A stretch of DNA of 32,000 bases from NCBI RefSeq assembly GCF_000009045.1, contig NC_000964.3, positions 1,380,001 to 1,412,000 on the forward strand, read 5' to 3'. This document shows, one piece after another, positions 27,329 through 32,000 of the stretch (position 1 is the stretch's first letter; each line of letters starts with the position of its first letter). The stretch comes from Bacillus subtilis subsp. subtilis str. 168. GTDB taxonomy: Bacteria; Bacillota; Bacilli; Bacillales; Bacillaceae. The translations under genes were made by a program, and so were the position numbers. Under the pieces are notes generated by a model. The model made no database searches, was not told the origin of the DNA, and saw only the letters and a list, made by a program, of their open reading frames with translations.

Positions 27329-29731
27329 TTATTGCGACGGCTGTTCAATAATGAATTGTTCGAATTGTTCCGGAGGTATTGGCCTGCTGAAAAAGAAGCC
27401 CTGCAAATGGTCGCAGCCTTTTTCAAAAAGAAGCTGCTTTTGAGCTGCATTTTCCACACCTTCGGCAATCACCTGCAAAGACAGCTGATGCCCCATGGCA
27501 ATAATAGCTCCGGTAATTTGCTCTGATTTAGGATGGGTCTGAATATCGTCAATAAATGATTTGTCAATCTTCAGCCTGTGAATCGGGAAGTCCTTCAAAT
27601 AGCTAAGAGAGCTGTGACCAGTACCGAAATCGTCAATACTGATTCTGATTCCTAATTCTGTTAGGGATGACAAAACCTTTTTGGAGTGATTGAGATTGTC
27701 CATTGTCATGCTTTCCGTCACCTCCACTTCAAGAAGCTGCGGAGGAAGCTGGTACTTATTAAGCGTATCCTTGATGAGGGGAATCAGATCTTTAGATTGA
27801 AACTGTCTGGCGGAAATATTAATGGCGACAGAAAGATCATAGCCTTTGTCATGCCAAATCCTTGCCTGCTTGCATGCTTCATCTATAATCCACTTTCCGA
27901 TATCAATAATAAGTCCCGTTTCTTCTGCAACACCGATGAATTCTCCGGGCGGACGCAGTTGCCCGTCTGGTGTCACAAGGCGTATCAGTGCTTCTGCTCC
28001 TGTCATTTTTTGTTTTTTCACACTGAATTGCGGCTGATAATGCAAGACAAATCTATCGTTTTCGATTGCTTCTCTGAGTACCATCTCTTGGTTAAGCTTA
28101 ACGGTTTCTTTGTTGCCGATTGAAAAAGAATAGTATCTGTATTTGCTTTTGTTTCGTTCTTTAGCCGCATACATCGCCATATCAGCCTTTTTCATCAATT
28201 CAAGGCCATCCGTCCCGTCTTTTGGAGATATCGCAATCCCGATACTGACAGATGTGACAAGGGTGTGATCTTGAATTTTGAAAGGTTTTTTGAATTTTTG
28301 GATAATTTTTCTTGCTAAAACATCTGCTTCGCCTGTTCCTGTATTGGCGTCTGTTAATATAATAATAAATTCATCACCGCCAAGACGGGCGATAAATCCG
28401 TTATCAGGGACTACAGATGACAGGCGTTTAGCTGCAAACTGAAGCAATTGATCACCGACATTATGCCCTAATGCATCGTTAATCACTTTAAACCGGTTTA
28501 AGTCAAGAAAGAATACAACAGTGTTATAATGCAAGGAATGCTCGCGATTCAGCACCTTTGTTAGATGAGAGATGGCATGCCTTCTGTTAGGTAAGTCTGT
28601 AAGCGAATCATAATGAGCCATTCTATGGATTTCTTTTTCTGCTTTGTACTGCTTCGTCATGTCTTTACAAATGACATAAATGCTGTCTAGTTCCTGATTG
28701 ACCTCAACAGGTATAAGCGTAATATTTAAGTGAAACTGGCCTTTTTCAGTGATAAGATCGCTATCGCTGTTCATCGCTTGTTTATCTTTTTTAACTTGCT
28801 CAAAAAGGCGCTTAACCTTCAGTGATGTGTAATTCCTCCAGTCATGCATGCTGAAGCCAAATTTGCTGATCATTTCCTCACCAGCGTGATTGGAAGATAT
28901 TATGTCTCCTTCTAATGATAAAATAAAAATTGCATCAATATTGTGGACGATTAAAGACTGAAATCGCTGTTCGTTATCCTTTATGCGTTCGCTCTGTTTA
29001 ATAAACTTTCGATCTGCATGGGAACTGAATAACAATAACGTTTGGATACAAAAAATAATTAAAGTAACAAAAATTGACCAATGAAACGTTTGCACCTCCA
29101 TATGGCTTCCGGGCGGAGCCATGTCCTTATGGAAAGTTGCCGCAAGCATCCCTGTGTAGTGCATGCCCGAAATCCCAATGCCCATTACAATTGAACTGAC
29201 GCCTTTATAGAATATAAGATGCTCAGAATGTTTTTTTACGGCCAAGTCAAAGAATATTTTTAACGAGACGAAAGAGGCTGCAATCGCAATGATAATTGAA
29301 ACTGTAAATAAAATAGGTTCGTAAATAATCATTACCCGGGAAATGGCAGACATTCCGATATAGTGCATAGAAGCAATAGATGCGCCAAGCACAACTGATC
29401 CGGTAAGCAGTCTGTAATATGTAAGAATGTGCCGGCTGACAAAATATAATGACACAAATGATCCCGAAACAGATGCGCCAATGGCTGCCATTAAAGGCAT
29501 GAATTCATATTCCATCGGCATTTCCATATGGACGGCCATCATCCCTACAAAATGCATTGACCAAATACCGAATCCCATAATAAGTGAGCCGCCGATCAGC
29601 CAAATTTTACTTTTTAAGCCTGTATTGATGGTGACTTTCCTTGAAAGTTCAAGGGAAATATACGAGGCGGTACAGGCAATTAGAATAGATAAACATATGA
29701 GAGTCGTATTATATGTAACGTGTATTTCCAA
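27329..29731 (-). CDS. ykoW: MHYT-PAS-GGDEF-EAL membrane signalling protein (c-di-GMP metabolism)
   Basis: 800 aa; MHYT repeats (SMHFVGMMA, SMHYIGMSA, GMHYTGMLA), ARLGGDEFIIIL, AEALIRL, ENDRFVLHYQPQ; overlaps the ku upstream region slightly in spacing only. Confidence 0.92.
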   Translation of the reverse strand: MEIHVTYNTTLICLSILIACTASYISLELSRKVTINTGLKSKIWLIGGSLIMGFGIWSMHFVGMMAVHMEMPMEYEFMPLMAAIGASVSGSFVSLYFVSRHILTYYRLLTGSVVLGASIASMHYIGMSAISRVMIIYEPILFTVSIIIAIAASFVSLKIFFDLAVKKHSEHLIFYKGVSSIVMGIGISGMHYTGMLAATFHKDMAPPGSHMEVQTFHWSIFVTLIIFCIQTLLLFSSHADRKFIKQSERIKDNEQRFQSLIVHNIDAIFILSLEGDIISSNHAGEEMISKFGFSMHDWRNYTSLKVKRLFEQVKKDKQAMNSDSDLITEKGQFHLNITLIPVEVNQELDSIYVICKDMTKQYKAEKEIHRMAHYDSLTDLPNRRHAISHLTKVLNREHSLHYNTVVFFLDLNRFKVINDALGHNVGDQLLQFAAKRLSSVVPDNGFIARLGGDEFIIILTDANTGTGEADVLARKIIQKFKKPFKIQDHTLVTSVSIGIAISPKDGTDGLELMKKADMAMYAAKERNKSKYRYYSFSIGNKETVKLNQEMVLREAIENDRFVLHYQPQFSVKKQKMTGAEALIRLVTPDGQLRPPGEFIGVAEETGLIIDIGKWIIDEACKQARIWHDKGYDLSVAINISARQFQSKDLIPLIKDTLNKYQLPPQLLEVEVTESMTMDNLNHSKKVLSSLTELGIRISIDDFGTGHSSLSYLKDFPIHRLKIDKSFIDDIQTHPKSEQITGAIIAMGHQLSLQVIAEGVENAAQKQLLFEKGCDHLQGFFFSRPIPPEQFEQFIIEQPSQ

Positions 29732-29911
29732 ATGGAGATTCCCCCCGTATCGTGTGTTCCAGTCTTGTTGACTCTCTTTATTATCGGCTGCTTAACCGCA
29801 GAGTTTCAGCCTTCAAAACGATAGAAATACGAGGGAGATCTATTTTTAGTTCAACTGACCGTGAAAAATGTGTTAAAATCATCTTGATGTTTTCCGAAAA
29901 GAGAAAAATGT

Positions 29912-30577
29912 ATGATACATAAACATGAAACAAGGGAGTTGGTGGCTATCGAAGAGCTGGTTATGTCATGGATTGAAGCATTTAAAAGCTTATCTTATTT
30001 TGGAATATTTCTAGCGCTCAGCATTGAGTTTATTCCGGCCGAAGTCGTCTTGCCGCTTGCGGGCTATTGGGTATCTAAAGGCGATATGACACTTGCTGGC
30101 GTTGTTTTGGCAGGATCGCTTGGAGGAGTGGCCGGTCCGCTTACGCTGTATTGGATAGGCCGGTACGGAGGAAGGCCGTTTCTTGAACGTTTTGGGAAGT
30201 ATCTCTTTATTAAACCTGAAGCGCTTGATAAGTCAGATAATTTTTTCAAAAAACATGGGGGCTTTGTCGCCTTCAGCGGCCGTTTCTTGCCTGGTATCAG
30301 GACATTGATTTCCATACCGTGCGGAATTGCAAAAATGAATGTTTGGGTGTTTTCGCTTTATACATTCATTGCTATGCTTCCGATTACATTTGTATATGTT
30401 TATCTCGGTGTGAAGCTCGGTGAAAATTGGAAGGCAGTCGGCTCTATTCTTGATCAATATATGCTTCCGATCGGGATAGCGATTTTGGCGCTGTTCCTGC
30501 TCTACTTACTGATGAAAAAGAGGAAGAAACGCACGCACTCCGAACAATTATCTGTATTTTTGAAAAATAAACGTTGA
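29912..30577 (+). CDS. ykoX: DedA-family membrane protein
   Basis: 221 aa; FLALSIEFIPAEVVLPLAGY, GRFLPGIRTLISIPCGIAKM motifs of DedA/SNARE-associated family. Confidence 0.9.
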   Translation: MIHKHETRELVAIEELVMSWIEAFKSLSYFGIFLALSIEFIPAEVVLPLAGYWVSKGDMTLAGVVLAGSLGGVAGPLTLYWIGRYGGRPFLERFGKYLFIKPEALDKSDNFFKKHGGFVAFSGRFLPGIRTLISIPCGIAKMNVWVFSLYTFIAMLPITFVYVYLGVKLGENWKAVGSILDQYMLPIGIAILALFLLYLLMKKRKKRTHSEQLSVFLKNKR

Positions 30578-30632
30578 CAAATCACTGCGCTGCGCATATT
30601 ATTGACGTATAAAATCATATTTCTTGAAATCC

Positions 30633-30729
30633 CAAAGGGGAGTAGCGTCCGGAATGTATTCCGGAAACAAAGTCGTCATTTCATGGATTGTATCCATCGG
30701 CTTTGTTGGCATGCCTGAATTCATGTCTA
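30633..30729 (+). promoter_or_regulatory. yybP-ykoY (Mn2+-sensing) riboswitch aptamer
   Basis: AAAGGGGAGTAGCGTCCGGAATGTATTCCGGAAACAAAGTCGTCATTTC...GGCTTTGTTGGCATGCCTGAATTCATG: archetypal element with paired AAAGGGGAGTAGC and loop motifs. Confidence 0.93.
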
Positions 30730-30731
30730 GC

Positions 30732-30766
30732 AAGACCTTTGCCTTATGTCGGCAAAGGTCTTTTTT
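30732..30766 (+). terminator. Expression-platform terminator of yybP-ykoY leader
   Basis: AAGACCTTTGCC ttatgtc GGCAAAGGTCTTTTTT. Confidence 0.9.
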
Positions 30767-30833
30767 GCATGGTCCGGCCGGCATAAGATCGGATGAAGAG
30801 AAAGAAAACAACTTTTTTGGGAGGGTATCATTT

Positions 30834-31628
30834 ATGGATGCAGCATTATTATTAGAGTATGGTTGGGTTCTTCTCGTCTTGATCGGGCTGGAAGGGATTT
30901 TAGCCGCCGATAACGCGCTGGTTATGGCGGTAATGGTAAAACATTTGCCGGAGGAAAAAAGAAAAAAAGCGTTATTTTATGGATTGGCAGGGGCTTTTGT
31001 TCTGCGATTTGGCTCTTTATTTGCAATTTCTTTCTTGGTCAACGTATGGCAGGTTCAAGCGATTGGCGCGATCTATTTGCTGTATATCTCAGCAAGCCAC
31101 TTATTGAAAAGATATGTATTTAAGAAAGAAGACACACATAAAGAGACGAAGCAAAGCGGTTTTTGGCCGACTGTTTTAAAAGTTGAACTGGCAGATATCG
31201 CGTTTGCTGTTGATTCCATCTTAGCAGCAGTAGCGCTGGCGGTTACACTTCCTGGGACATCACTCCCGAAGATCGGCGGACTTGACGGAGGACAATTTCT
31301 CGTCATTTTGGCCGGCGGTATCATCGGACTGGTGATCATGCGGTTTGCGGCTTCCATGTTTGTGAAGTTATTAAAGGAACGTCCAAGCCTAGAAACAGCA
31401 GCCTTTGTGATTGTCGGCTGGGTCGGAGTGAAGCTTGCTTTATATACGCTTGCCCATCGCGACATAGCGGTTGTTTCTGAGCACTTTATCCATTCTGGAA
31501 CATGGAAGCTGATATTCTGGGGTGTCTTAGCAGCAATCGCGGTTTGCGGCTGGTTTATGTCAGGTGGGAAAAAACAGCCGGAGGGTGCACAAAACGAACA
31601 AAAAAACAGCACCCGTGAACGGGCGTAA
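30834..31628 (+). CDS. ykoY: TerC-family membrane protein, Mn2+ exporter-like
   Basis: 264 aa from MDAALLLEYGWVLLVLIGLEGILAADNALVMAVMVKHL; GLEG...ADNAL and ...DIAFAVDSI motifs of TerC family. Confidence 0.92.
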   Translation: MDAALLLEYGWVLLVLIGLEGILAADNALVMAVMVKHLPEEKRKKALFYGLAGAFVLRFGSLFAISFLVNVWQVQAIGAIYLLYISASHLLKRYVFKKEDTHKETKQSGFWPTVLKVELADIAFAVDSILAAVALAVTLPGTSLPKIGGLDGGQFLVILAGGIIGLVIMRFAASMFVKLLKERPSLETAAFVIVGWVGVKLALYTLAHRDIAVVSEHFIHSGTWKLIFWGVLAAIAVCGWFMSGGKKQPEGAQNEQKNSTRERA

Positions 31629-31632
31629 TCTG

Positions 31633-31662
31633 AAAGACTCTGCTTAAAAGCAGAGTCTTTTT
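31633..31662 (+). terminator. ykoY terminator
   Basis: AAAGACTCTGC ttaaaa GCAGAGTCTTTTTG. Confidence 0.85.
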
Positions 31663-31736
31663 GTGTTTGAAGCGTTTTCATAAGCGAAATAAAATAACAT
31701 TTTTATAACATCTTTGTTACAAAAAACACGCATAAA

Positions 31737-31765
31737 ACCCCCTTAATTCTTTAGAAAGGCACGAA
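31737..31765 (+). promoter_or_regulatory. Candidate SigI-dependent (autoregulatory) promoter of sigI
   Basis: ACCCCC (31737-31742) ... CGAA (31762-31765), matching SigI -35/-10 elements, about 130 bp upstream of sigI. Confidence 0.7.
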
Positions 31766-31891
31766 ATCATGTATAGAACGTCAGAATGGTTTGTCATAAT
31801 TGAGACATTGGAAATCAATATTTCTTTTTCTCCTTTGCGAATCCCTATCAAATTAGCTATCATTAATGAGTAGTTATAGGGAGGAACTGAG

Positions 31892-32000
31892 GTGAAACCA
31901 GTGCTTAGCCTTTTGTTTAAATTGGGAAAAAAGAAGCAAACACTTGAAAAAGCTGTTGAGAGTATACAAAAAGGCAATAAAGATCTGCAAAATGAATTAA
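31892..32000 (+). CDS. sigI: Alternative sigma factor SigI, 5' end only
   Basis: GTG start, MKPVLSLLFKLGKKKQTLEKAVESIQKGNKDLQNEL..., SD GGGAGGAACTGAG; truncated by window end. Confidence 0.85.
   Translation, partial: MKPVLSLLFKLGKKKQTLEKAVESIQKGNKDLQNEL

Noticed and set aside
31073-31681. 202-aa minus-strand ORF over ykoY
   Set aside because: Fully antisense to the TerC-family CDS; its sequence is the mirror of TM codons and it spans the ykoY terminator.
1-32000. CRISPR arrays, transposases, integrases, toxin-antitoxin or phage-defence islands
   Set aside because: Looked for regularly spaced repeats, terminal inverted repeats and signature proteins; none seen. Gene order is a normal B. subtilis chromosome.

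Overview
This 32 kb window matches Bacillus subtilis (or a very close relative) core-chromosome sequence, from the 3' part of proA to the start of sigI. Genes, in order: proA(partial)-ohrA-ohrR-ohrB-guaD-metE-ispA-rsbRB-ykoC/D/E/F-ykoG/H-ykoI-ykoJ-small ORF-uORF-mgtE(ykoK)-tnrA-ykzB-ykoL-ykoM-ykoN-ykoP-ykoQ-ykoS-ykoT-ligD(ykoU)-ku(ykoV)-ykoW-ykoX-ykoY-sigI(partial). Gene identities come from recalled sequences and family motifs; no database search was run. I see no prophage, transposon, CRISPR array or rRNA/tRNA. The region is rich in regulatory RNA, with four riboswitch leaders: S-box (metE), THI-box/TPP (ykoFEDC), M-box (mgtE) and yybP-ykoY (ykoY). It also has recognisable operators or promoters for OhrR, TnrA, SigB-like, SigG-like and SigI-like control. 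I found no convincing wholly new system. The least-explained items are (a) a 40-codon ORF with a strong SD between the M-box terminator and mgtE, (b) a 45-codon ORF with a strong SD and terminator just upstream of the M-box, and (c) a run of about four 11-bp-phased direct repeats upstream of the PepSY gene ykoJ, next to the YkoG/YkoH two-component system. The NHEJ pair ku/ligD and the YkoS/YkoT membrane glycosylation pair are the most notable protein modules, and both are already known in outline.
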